Shown here one piece after another: positions 49,831 through 61,806 of a stretch of DNA of 64,000 bases. The translations under genes were made by a program, and so were the position numbers. The notes below the pieces were generated by a model that was not told the origin of the DNA, ran no database searches, and saw only the letters and a program-made list of their open reading frames with translations. The stretch covers positions 10,147,720-10,211,719 of the forward strand of contig MU058065.1 of assembly GCA_013265495.1 (NCBI GenBank), read 5' to 3'. Each line of letters opens with the position of its first letter. Within the stretch, counting starts at the first letter, position 1. The stretch comes from Vicugna vicugna (Eukaryota).

Positions 49831-51869
49831 TCACATCCACGTTCCACAACATAGGGGCATGTCTTCAGTGGCCTATGCTCATTTGTTTATCAGACTCATA
49901 TTTCTACTAAGATATAAAAAGCCTGGTTAGCTGTTTCATCTCCGAGAAGGAAGAATTTTGCTGAGGATCTCACAGAACTTGTGAATCATCCATCAGGAGA
50001 CGTTGTCTGGGGCCAAGAACCCAGTAAAGTCTGAGGTGGATTTGGCACGGTCATTTGTCATTTTCAAGTCAGCGTGATTTTGGCGCCTGCTTGTCAGCAA
50101 AGACTGCCACCATTGGAAGCTCCCTGTTAGCAAAGGTTGTCTGCTTCTGACCAAATGGATTATGATACAGCAGGAAAAGTCAGAAAATTGTTCTGGCCGT
50201 ATTAATAATCAATATAGGTGGCAGATACAATAATTTCGTGATTGATAGGTTTTGTTGATTTTATAGTTTGAAGATCGCCCATGGCAAGCAACAATGTCAG
50301 GTCACACGAGCCTACAAGAGTGCATCTTCTGTAAATCTGTTCAAATTCAGTTTGGACTTACAGGCTAGGTACTTTGGATGTTTATTTTTTAGTGAGAAAT
50401 ACTTCTCCCTTTTGTCTGATTCATGTTTTTTTTCTGTTGCTGATGGTGGTGATGATTTTTTGTTTCTCCTTTTTTTTTTTTTTAAAACAGGATTCTTTTT
50501 TCAGGAATTAGAGATAATACCCTTATGGACTTTATCATCTCTCACATTAGCTCTCAATACAAAATGACATGCTTAACAGCTACAGTGATTTTATCCAGTT
50601 TTCTCTGGAACATTTTGTGACTGAACTGGTGAATATGTGATGCCCTAAGGGAACGCTAAATATGGCTAATGTTGAACTTTCTCTCGTTTATCTTTCTCTC
50701 TTGTGCACATATGTAAAATAAAATTGCACATAAAAACTGGGCAGCAGAAGAGCTGTTCATAAAAATAATCAAGGTAGGCATCTGGTTAAGACATGTGCTG
50801 AATTGTTTTGCTCAGCTTATTTAGAGCTCAGCATTTTCAACATTTCTGTAAGTAATTCTCGAGTCTTTATAAAGCGAATCCCAGTCTGGATTGTTTGTTC
50901 CTCCAAAAATAACTCATTAGAATAACTTTCAAAGGTGACTATTTTCTATTTCCTAATCTATTTAGTTAAGTTGTTCTCATGTTCACTTCCAATTAAAGTA
51001 AAATTTTAAGAGATTATTCCCATGTCATCATTGATCAGAATGATGTTCTGTTGAATTACACTGTGCAACATCAACCTGCTGTGTTTTAGAAAGTGGAGAC
51101 CTGCCTTTCTCATATAGAGCTTCTAAGGAATTGATGTAAGTAAAAAAGTTTTAAATGCTTGATAAATCTTCATGATTTTCTATATTTCTGTTACACTTAG
51201 CTATAGTTAATGCCAGAATCTCCTACTATGAGTAAATATTTGAATTTATTATTTAAATCCCGTTTAAAATTAGTAAAAAAAAAGAAAAAAGGAAAAAGTT
51301 GTTATTTCTTGGCTTTCTGGGGTGGAGGTTGGGAGATGGGAAGAGTAGATGGAAGTCTACTTTTAACTTACGGAAAATATATGAAGTGTTCTGAATATTA
51401 GCAAATATTAGTTGTAATTTACATGGTTGGGTTATTCAGTTTAAATTTGAACTGTGGCTTATTTTACACATGTTGTTGATGTACTTTGTTTCCAATTGTT
51501 TTGTATGGTTTAAAAATTCTGCTTTTAAAGGAAATTCAGAAAATTCCCCTGACATACATACTTTGACCTCCTAAGAAATGTATATTTGTATTAGTATTGA
51601 ATTTTGACCAATGTTCCAATATAAAGAAGATACTGTTTTGAAATAAAGCAAAGTTTTATTTTCAAAGTAAGTAAAATGATTTTCTTTAATCTGTTAGATC
51701 ACATATCCAATTGAATTAGTTTTTTTATGAAAAAATTAAATTCAACTGTTGAATAAATAGTCATACCATTGAAAGGGAGTGTCAGTTATCATTTCTTTGT
51801 TCAACCACCACGGCTCATTTCCAAATCAGTAACTTCTGGCCAGTGAATGGACTAAAAAATCTATACAGT

Positions 51870-53810
51870 CTTTTACTATTTTTTACCCACATATTTAATA
51901 TTACAGAGATCTTCATTTCTTCCTGTAGATTAGATTTAACATCTGATACCATTTCCTCTCAATCTGAAGGATTTCTTTTAGGATTTCTTGGTTAACAATA
52001 CACTATCTTAGTCATCGTGAAAGTTTTTTATTTGATATCTACTTAAAAATGGACATATACTTTTTGGTAGACTCATTTTTTTGTTTGTTTTTAAGCACTT
52101 TGAACTGGCTTTCTACTGCATCGGCCCTCTAAGAGTTCCTGAGGGAAGTCAGCCTTTATTCTAATTACTGTTCTTCTATATATGTTAATTTTTCTCTTGC
52201 TGTTTTCAAAATTTTCTTTTGATTTTTGTCTCTCAACAATTTGACTGTGTGTTTATGTGTGAATCTGTTTGTCAAGTTCATTCAACTTGAAGTTTGCTGA
52301 ATTTTTACATTTATTGTTAGGTAGATTGTGTTTTAATCATATTTGGAAAGTGTTCTTTAATTTTTTTCTATTTCTTCTCTTATTTCTTCAAATATTCTTC
52401 TTACATCTTTTACTCTATCCTTTCCTTCTAGAAGTCTTTTTATTCACATATTGGTACAATTGATATTGTTCCCCAGGTTTATGAGGCTTTGTCCACTTTT
52501 CTTCAATTTATTTTTTTCCTCTCTGTTCTTCAGATTGGATAATTTCTATTTCTCTATTTTCAAGTTTATTGATTTTTTCTTATACCTTCTCAAATCTTCT
52601 GTTGAGCTCCTCAAGGAAATTCTGAATTTCATTTATTTTACTTTCCAACTCCAGAATTTTCATTTATCCTTTTAAAAAACTGTAATCTCTTTTGTGAGAA
52701 TTATCATTGTTGCCATTCTATATTTTCTTTAAGCATAGTTTCTATTATTATTTCAACTAATTTATAATAGTTGTTTTAAAGCCTTTGCTTAATCTGACAT
52801 CTTGGGACACTCAGAAATTTAATATGAATGTCTTTTTTTTCTGTGTTTAAGTCACACTATGTTTCTTTGAATATCTTATGGGTTTTAGTTGAATACTAGA
52901 AATTTTTGATAATATAGTAACAACTCTAGATTTGACTATTACTCCCTGAAACTTGAGGTGTCATTTGTTTGTTTATAAACTTGCCAGATGAACTCTGTGA
53001 ATTATGTCTCCGTAGTAATGTATGGCTACTTATCTCTGCTCACATTTTTGGTTATTTTTATTTTTAAGCCATGGTTCCTATGTTGGCATAGGTTAGAGAC
53101 TATTCAAAGATTGGCTAGCGTTTGTGCTCAAAATTTCAAGCCAGTGAAGTTCCAACCTGATGGATTTGTGCGTGGGCCAACTTCAGGTCATTTTCAGATC
53201 TGCCTCACTGCTTAAGTTCTGCCAGGCTCTCCCTTGATTATTCTAAGTGTTCATTTGGCCCCACCAGTCCTGTGGACCAGATATGAGTGGGCAGTGTGTG
53301 TCCACTCTAAGCACTTCTGCACACACACATAGCCTCTGGTAGATCCTGGACCAAATTTATTAAGTTCTCTGTAGCTATCTCACCTCCTGGAACTCTGTTA
53401 AATCCCCAGTTAGTCTGCTGGCACTTCCTGTTTGCTTGCTGCTGAATCAACACCTTGACAACACTTAAATCAAGTGAGTCTCTTCCAGCAGCAGCACGAG
53501 AGCTGCTAGTTTTCACAGCCTGCCATGCCCATGCTTCCACTGAAGTGCTGGGATGACAGAACTCAAGTGCAGAAAGCGAGAAAGGGAAGCAGCCTAGGAA
53601 AGAATGCCACATACCTGCACTGTTCCTTCCCAAAGTTCATTAATAAATGTGTTTTTCATGAATAAACACTTCTCATTTTGTTGTAGATCTTTGGTCAAAT
53701 TCCAGAGTGTTGATGAAATTGTTGGCTTTGAACGTTTTGTCCCTCTTGATAGTTATTTTTTAACAAATAGAGTTGTCAGCTTCCTCACTCCATCCAATAG
53801 AATGTCAGTT
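51870..53810 (-). mobile_element. Old L1 5'UTR/ORF1 region (antisense)
   Basis: T-rich tract with ctctgttcttcagattggataatttctatt...tcaagtt...ttccaactccagaattt, typical of antisense L1M ORF1. A GC-richer UTR follows at 53.1-53.8 kb. Confidence 0.7.
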
Positions 53811-54804
53811 CTCTATTTTTTATGCTCTATGACTTATAGGACAATCGAATTTGCCAAGTGATTACACCCTTTGAGTTCATTCATAAGTGTTTCAAAAGCC
53901 TCTGAGGTCTGAACACTTCCCTTTCAGAGCCCTTTTATTGTGATTCCTTGAACCAGAAGGATGTTTTACTGTCCCCTGAATTGTTTGTGTTTCCAGTGTG
54001 GATTTGACCTATATTTGCTCTTTTCTGGCCAATCCAGAGTCATCTTTTGGGTAAATCAAACTTGGTTTATTGATTTATCAGCTTTTATGAGACTTGTGAT
54101 GTTGCTCAAAAAATTATTCTATCTTAAATTTCTTCTACCATGTTGATAAATTCATAATTCTCAGCTAGCAGCTCTATCTCTGCCACAGTGGCCTTGCTTT
54201 TAATATTCAAATTTATAGTGAACAAACATGGACTCAACTGTCACTGACACAGATTTATTGAGCTACCTGTAATAGCTTCCCTTGCCCCCCACCTTTTTTT
54301 AACGTCTATCTTGCTACTAACACATCATTTACTACTATATTAGTCTCCAGTTCTGCTTCACAATGGTTTTTCTTTTCATGAACAAATGATTCCTATGTAA
54401 CATTTCAGGTAGCAGTAGTTTCACAAGAGAGTACAGCAGATTATTATTAAGTAACAAGTGACAAGGAAAGTGACTGTGAGGTTCCTGGGTGATAATAAAT
54501 TATCATTTACTACCTCACCTTGAAGCTGGTTTCAGTAATCTGGAGGGATAAAAGGACAACTTTGACTAGAGATGCTATAGCTTAACTGCATTATTTTGCT
54601 CAAATCGTTTAATGCAGTTTTCAAAATAAAACTTGGAAATAGGTACTGTTAATATTCGCATGGGTCTGAAATCTTACTGAAGAAGACAGTATAGTAGGGT
54701 CACTTATTAATCAGAATGGATGCTGGCTCCATACAACCAGGATGGGTTTCCTGGTGCTAACAGAACTAGTGTTGCTAAGAGGGCAAAGTGAAAAAAGGGT
54801 GAGT

Positions 54805-55110
54805 CAGTATTGCATTTATTACAAATGGCAGAAATTTCAAATAATAACAGCTTAAATAAGGGATTCATTTCTTTCCTACAGCAATAAATCAAGGGTTAGA
54901 CTGGCCCTGGATTGCATATGTCTTCACCATAATGTGTCCATGCCCTTTTTATCTTCTTGCTTTGTCTGTGTCTTTGTCTTCATGGTCACAAGATGGATGT
55001 TGAACCTTCAGATATCATGTCAATATTCCTAAGAGGGAGGAAAAAATTGGTGAAGGGCAAAGGGTCAAAGGGATAGTTTTGTGCCCTTTATAAAGCTTTT
55101 CTTGATACTG
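54805..55110 (-). mobile_element. MLT1-type (MaLR) LTR fragment
   Basis: aacagcttaaataag...tcatggtcacaagatgg...atcatgtc. Confidence 0.5.
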
Positions 55111-55129
55111 TCTTTGAATGCATTGATTA

Positions 55130-55420
55130 ATAACACCACCAGACATTAGGTGTCTCATGATGTGATAAGATATAAAGTATCCATACAGAATTATATATTA
55201 TTTTTTGTAAAGTATTCTTGCCAAGAAGTTGAACCTAAATCTTATCAATGAAAACTTAGGCTAACTTCTGATTTACAGTAAATATAGGGCTAAAGAAATA
55301 AGTTACATGACACCAAGAAGAAGCAATCATATATATTCAGAAAATAGACTTTTCTATGTGATAAGTAACCAGGTTTCATCAACAATTCCAAGACATAGAG
55401 AAAAATGACATAGGATGCAC
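55130..55420 (+). mobile_element. L1ME/L1MC 3'UTR fragment
   Basis: agtattcttgccaa...aacctaaatcttatcaa...ctaacttctgatttacag. Confidence 0.55.
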
Positions 55421-56446
55421 ACATTTTAAACAGAGACAAAAAAATAACACACATTGAGCATTAGTAATGAAAGATATTCCCACATAAGGTATTAAGTCTG
55501 AGATGGGTTGAGTGGACTTTTTCTCTTTCAGTAAGGAAAGTGTTCTAGGCCCATGGTGCATTCTCAAGTGGCCGGTGTGGGGAGAGGAGGGTGTGGAAAG
55601 ACTATTCATAAAAAACTGCCTTTCTCAATACTTTGTATACTATTTTAATTTTTATTTTACATTTCATGTTCTCAAGCATTTTTGGCAATTTTATCATTCT
55701 CATCTTGTATCAACTCCCAAAAGAGAAAAAATAATGTTCTTACATATCCTGTGTTATTGTCACCCACTGTGGTAGATAGATTAGCTGTATTCTTCTCTGT
55801 CTGCACAGTCATGTTATTTCAGAACACTTTGATACAAAGACTTTTCCCTACCTTGATTGCCAGAACAATGTATTCTCTGTAATAGTCATAAGTGTAATAA
55901 TAATATTAAACTGCAATGATGAGGAACCAGTTCTGGGCTTCAGTTTTCCATCTGTAAAAGGAAGAATTTAGGATGGGTGATCAAAGATAACACCTCCAAT
56001 TTTAAGTTTTTATTCAAACTGTATATTGTTTTCTCATTTGCCCAAAGTGAGGGAACTCAATGGCGTAAAAAGGTTAACTAACCTCCAAAAGACAGTATTA
56101 GAAGACAAGGTAAATATTGATTTCTGTCCTCTTAATAGCTTTATCGAAGAAGATACAATTCCTACAATTTACTTTTCCAAGTTACAACAAAATTCCATAC
56201 GGCTGGCAAACACAAATACAGATGTTGGACTGGCTCGCTCCATAGGTGTCACATGCACCGTGGAAACTTATCCACACGCAGAGTTGAAAATGGAGGGACG
56301 CTTTTCTTTCTGGGAAGAGTGACTTTAAAGAGACATCAAGCTGGACACAAAAGGGAAGGTCTGTTTTGTGGGGTAATGTCAGACCTCTTCAACGCCTTTA
56401 AAAGTGAAATATTCACAGACTTTGAATCAATCTGCTTGAGCAGCAT

Positions 56447-56609
56447 CACCTGCAAATGCCTATAAATAGAGGACAAGATTCGTAGCCACAATGTCTTCGC
56501 CAGCACTAAGATGATGATTAATAAAACACTGCTGTGCTGGAGATTTGTAAAGAGGAGATAGCAGCAGGATTCCCAAGGAACTTTTGAATTGGAATTGAAG
56601 AGGGTAAGT
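56447..56609 (+). promoter_or_regulatory. Candidate promoter/enhancer: E-box + E-box + MEF2/TATA, with downstream splice donor
   Basis: CACCTG (56447-56452), CAAATG (56453-56458), CTATAAATAG (56460-56469), and AGG|GTAAGT at 56604. Confidence 0.3.
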
Positions 56610-57559
56610 TCAAGCAGGGAGGGCAGAAGAAATGTTACAAGGATGAACAAAATTGCAGCTTTAAGCAATACACCGTAGATGTGGCTTGCTGAGAAACCAT
56701 GAAGAATGGGGTCATTCTTTTTGCCTCAGTGCTTCAGACTGACTAAGTCTAAATCATAGACCCATGACTAAGAGCACACTAAGTGAATATACTAGAACCA
56801 TATGGATTTAGACCTATAACGTAGAAGATATGAATAATTCAAACAGTGCTGATCTGATGTCTTCTTTCGAACTACCTGTGGAAAAAACTCCTGGCTTAAT
56901 CATTTGCAAGATAAACACATTCCTGAGACTACACAAATACCCATTATTACTAGAATCAACAATTTTAAACAAACTGTTACAAAGTTAGCCATTACAAATC
57001 ATTCTTTTACCTATGTAGTAGGTTTCTCAAATTTTTTAAACCAGGAAACTCCTTGTTCACTGATTTATTTTATAATCCTGAATCAATTAAATAATATTTT
57101 TATCATTTATATTTTTATTTAATTGAGAATACTTTTCTACATTTGTCTTAACTGGCTATAATTTATTCATTCTGCAAATATAAAATAAGACTTATCATGA
57201 GCTTACTATGTACCACATACCGCACTAAGGGCTTTATTTCTTATTTAATATAAAAACTGTCTTATTATATATGTTCTGTATTTTATAACAGGAATCTGAG
57301 GATAAGTGCAGTTTACTCCCAGTCAATGGTAAAACCTCAATCCTATATCTCTCTATCTCCCATAAAAATCATATTCTAATATCCCATATAAGATATGAAA
57401 GCACCCATACCATGTTTTACTAATCCCAGGAACTCAGTGACTCATACGACTTTTTCCACTTTATAAGTTTGCAGTGCAAACAGATGTTTAGTCATTGATC
57501 AATCAACGTGAACTCTGTGAGTTTCAGCTAATTATAGCCCCTTTAATACATCCTGTGGT

Positions 57560-57890
57560 TTAACCCCTAATATTGATTCCACCCCAGCTGATAATCTGAT
57601 CAAGTCACATTAATCCCAATCCTCTTGCCCACCCAGTGAAAGGAAAGGCAGGTATGTTGGTCACTTCAGGCAAAGATAAGAATACAGAAGCATGAGGACA
57701 TTCTACTCTCTTGGGAGCAGTTAGCCTTAGAATGAGGCCAGTAGTGTGAATGAGAGAAAAAAACTTAAGTCCTTTTTCCAACTGTGAGGCCCTGAATCTG
57801 TTGACTTTGAACCCAGCCCTACTTATAAGCCTTTGTGAGCTTATACATTTAGTAGTTTGAGTTTCTTGTTATTTGCAACCAAAAACTAGA
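57560..57890 (+). mobile_element. MLT1-type (MaLR) LTR fragment
   Basis: 3' end tttgagtttcttgttatttgcaaccaaaa is typical of old MLT1 LTRs. Confidence 0.45.
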
Positions 57891-58242
57891 AGTAGTAAGA
57901 ACTCAAGATTGGTAAGTATCATAGGACCATATTAGAATGAATTTGAAAGCCAGATGAAAGTGTAGAACTGACTCTGTAGAAAATAGTCTCAATTTTGAAA
58001 GTGATAATGGCGTGATGCAAGATTGTCATTAATACTACTGTCCTGGCAGGGTTATGCAACATAGGTTCCTTGGTGGAGTGCGGTAAGGCATAAAGTGAAT
58101 AGAGCGTGTATTAGCGAGTGGACAGGAGATGAACCCAAGACCTGTTGAGAAATTACAGGATTTTTATTCACTTACGTCAGGTTATTACGCTAGATTCTTG
58201 CGATAAAATAAATGACAAAGATGAATATATTTCCCAGTTTGG

Positions 58243-58460
58243 ATAATAATAACACTGATGCAGAGTTTTTCAAGGTGCCTATCATTGTTCTAGATTCTTA
58301 CATATATTGACTCATTTAATCATCAAACAGCCTATGTGTTGGTTATCATTATCTCTCGCTTAGAGATCAGAAAACAGAGTAACTGGCCCAAGCCACATAG
58401 CTAGTGAATGGCAGAGCTAAGATTGAAAGTTATGTAGCTAAATATCAAGTCTGGAGCTTT
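58243..58460 (-). mobile_element. MIR
   Basis: actcatttaatc...agtaactggcccaagccacatagctagtgaatggcagagc. Confidence 0.75.
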
Positions 58461-60663
58461 GTGGGGAAGAATCTGGCCTTGGGAAAAAAAGTTTTTTTTA
58501 ATATGATGGATTTGAGTTGATGGTGAGGCTTGTAGGTATCCAAGACCAGAGTTTAGGTGAATGAATGGTCGAGACAACGAATAATCTTCGAATTTAGATT
58601 TCACACCAGTGAATCCTAAAATCACATAAATTTGAAAAGCACTTTTCAGGACTATTGTTAGCAAGAATTCAAGTGATTTACTGAAATAATAAGCCTTTAA
58701 GTTACACTAGCAATATAAAGAGTACAAATAAAGAAATACTGAAAGGTTAAAAAAAAATACAGACTTTGCAGGACTTTGCTCTTACTGTGATGGTTATAAA
58801 ATAGCATGTTTTCAAACAGAAATGGGGTTATTTTATGATTAACTTTTGCCAATTTACCTCATTGTTATTGTTTTCTGCCTCACCTGGTAGAAACACTGAA
58901 CATTAAGACATGACTATGTCGTACAGATGCTGAAACAGCCCTCATTCTTACTCACAGTTCAGCAGTTAATCTATCACTTTGCATATGTTCTCTTTTCTTC
59001 GAAGATAACTCTGTTTTTACTAAGTTCCTTCAGAGATATAATCACTTGAAAAAGTGAGGGAGAGTTTTGGGTGTGTGATAAATTGTGCTTCTTCTGTGTA
59101 TTTGAGTCTCAGGTTTACCTGACATACACTGAAAGAAAGGAGAAAGAAGAAGGAAGTGCCTGCCATTTTATGGATTAAGAAAAATGCCTGGAGGTATGCC
59201 AGGGAAAATCACCATTTCTTACTCTATCCACGGGAGATCTGTTACAGTCTCCTTTTGGGATAATTAGTAAGATTATCAGCCTATCATTATTCAAATCTGT
59301 TTCAATTGATTCAATCAGACTATCAGATGGAAAGCTAAGTAACAAGGCTTAATTCAGTGGGAAGATAAAAGAAAGAAAAAACAAGAATAAGAGGTCAGGT
59401 CAGACTCTATCTGTGTGGACCAATATTCTATGCTGGCTCTATCACACTACCATTTTGACTTTAAGACTTTTTTTTTTTTTTGTATTTGGATATACACAAA
59501 TAATGTAAATGTAATGAGCCTTATCAAATGAAGTGTATACAGTAAGCATTACCCTGTATACAGGACCCATGAGGAAGACATTATCTTAAGACTAATGTTC
59601 TCTCCAGACAAAGTGGTTTCAAGATGCACTGTTCAGACTATGTTTCCTTAGCATTAGTACATTTTAGGAAAATGTAGAGCTATTGAGCTTGAATTTATCC
59701 AACTAAAACATTCAAGACATTAGAAATTTGTTATAAAAATCTGATCATTTAACATCACCAACCAATATTTAATTTGAAAGTAGAGGCATGCAAATATTTA
59801 GTAAAACATTAGTTTCATATGAACTTTTCCTGTTTTGTTTTTCAGTACTTTATTAACTGACGCTAAGTATCCCCATTCGGAACGGGGATACAAGAGGAAA
59901 AGTGGCACTGACCTCACCTTCCAGTCACTCATTGATAGTCTAGAAACACACTCAGATGACATGGAGATAAAATGCTTTACTTCTAATTTTTTAAATAGAT
60001 TTGGCCAGTTTTTACTAATGGACTATTTTACGTTATCATATGTCTATGAGTTGTGAAGTTTTCATTAAAGAATTCTACGTTTCAAGGCTTCAGGGATAAT
60101 TCTCCCATTTGTAAATTTTTACTTCATGTAAAAGCATATGCACTCTCTGTTTGAATTGATTTTCCCAGAATACTATCTTTATGACAAATACTATAAATGC
60201 AAATAATTTATTATTACTTCAAATATATAATTTATGTAATTAAAAACATATTTGCATCACTGAATTATTCTACTTGTGACTTCGGATTAATTTAAAATAA
60301 GCAACTAAATGAAATAAAGTGGGGGGAATGTTAAAAAATTTTTACAAAGGGAATATATCATACCAAAATAAGTTGTCCTCCTTTCCTCCATTTTTCCCCA
60401 GATAATGAATAACTCCAACCATTTATTTGAATCAGACATTAATTGCAAGTTCATATTCATACGTTTATTTAGAGAGGATGAATAATAAGATTTACACTTC
60501 TTATAGCAAAAGTAATACAAGAGATCATTTTATCTATGCCTAAAAGCAAGTATGCAAGAGACAATTTTTAAATTACAAATATATCAGACATCCAGTTAGG
60601 TTCAGTTGTGAAGACTAAGTTGTAAAGTCTCATATTTGTTTAAAATTTTAAGAATATGTTTGG

Positions 60664-60797
60664 ATAGACTGTGAAAGAATTATTATGTCCTCTTTTAATG
60701 CTCTTCAGAATTTTGATGCTGTTTACTCTGCAGCATCCAGCAGGGTGTTTTATGTACAAAGGGGTACTAATGAATGTGTGTGAAGGAAATGAATAAA
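60664..60797 (+). mobile_element. L2 3' end fragment
   Basis: tagactgtga...cagcatccagcagggtg...taatgaatgtgtgtgaaggaaatgaat. Confidence 0.5.
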
Positions 60798-61720
60798 AAT
60801 ACTTCTATTGGAAGGAAGATGACTTAGGTCATGTTTTTTTCCCTTCCATCCTCACTTCTGAAAATGTAGCCGAAGGCAATTGAATTTCTGTTTTATTCGA
60901 AGCGATGCACTGCTATACATCCACTCCGGATGGCAAGGGAGCACAAAGAGGGTTACTGAGGCAGAATTAGACTAATCAAATTTCTGTTTCCATTCCGCCT
61001 AAAGGGAAAGGTGACACCTGCTTGGGCAGCTTCAAAGTGTTGAAATCCTTCCTGCTTTCATGTGGTTACTACGCATATTCTCTGGTGGATTAAATGAGGG
61101 GAATGCATTATAGTTTTAAACTTTGATGCCCCATTAGGATGAATATGCACCTAATGAGCTGAAAAATTACCAATGCTGCTTCCACCCACCTCTTCCCCCT
61201 ACTCTCATGGGGAACCAGCTAATCAGGATGGGAGTGTATCTTCTGTGTTCCTAAACCACTGGCTATGAAATTTGGCCAAGGACCATATTCAAACACATGT
61301 TTAGTATATTAACAATATAAGCAATAAGTGATGCTTCAATTAATAGGGAAGAAAGAACAGTTTGCCTTTTAATAATGAATGCAGCAGTCTTACTCAATTT
61401 GGATATAAACCAGATATAAGCACAAAACCCAGTGGATATTATTCACAGGCTAAATGTACTTAGTACTGTCAGCATTTCATAATTCCAGTAACGATCTCAC
61501 ACATACACCTCATCGAGGTCTAGAATATTTTGAAAAACAAGCAATTTTTGTCACCTTAGGTTTGTTTTTAAGAAACTGTAATACAGCCATTTAAGGCAGT
61601 CTGAATTTAAAACACATCCTTGTTGCTTAGGTCAGGCAATGTAAGAATGAAGCAATTTCAGGGGACAACACCAGGAGCTGACGCCAATTATATTTCAGTG
61701 TTATTCATGGATGTTCCTAC

Positions 61721-61806
61721 CTGCCAAGTGGAGTGCGGCAAGTTGTGTTCACACTGTGATCCATGAGCATGGGTGCGAAGCTCAATTTTCTCTCGAGGGA
61801 AATCTT
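61721..61806 (-). other. Candidate 86-nt spliced exon in unique sequence
   Basis: Branch-like ctgac, a pyrimidine tract, ...gtttgttag| acceptor and CAG|gtagga donor. Several retained CpGs; two frames are open. Confidence 0.35.

Noticed and set aside
52269..52675. Phe/Leu-rich membrane-like ORFs
   Set aside because: Antisense of the A-rich L1 ORF1 region.
56336..56668. 110-aa ORF with a signal-peptide-like N-terminus
   Set aside because: TTG start, no recognisable family, and the hydrophobicity is expected from the antisense of purine-rich DNA.
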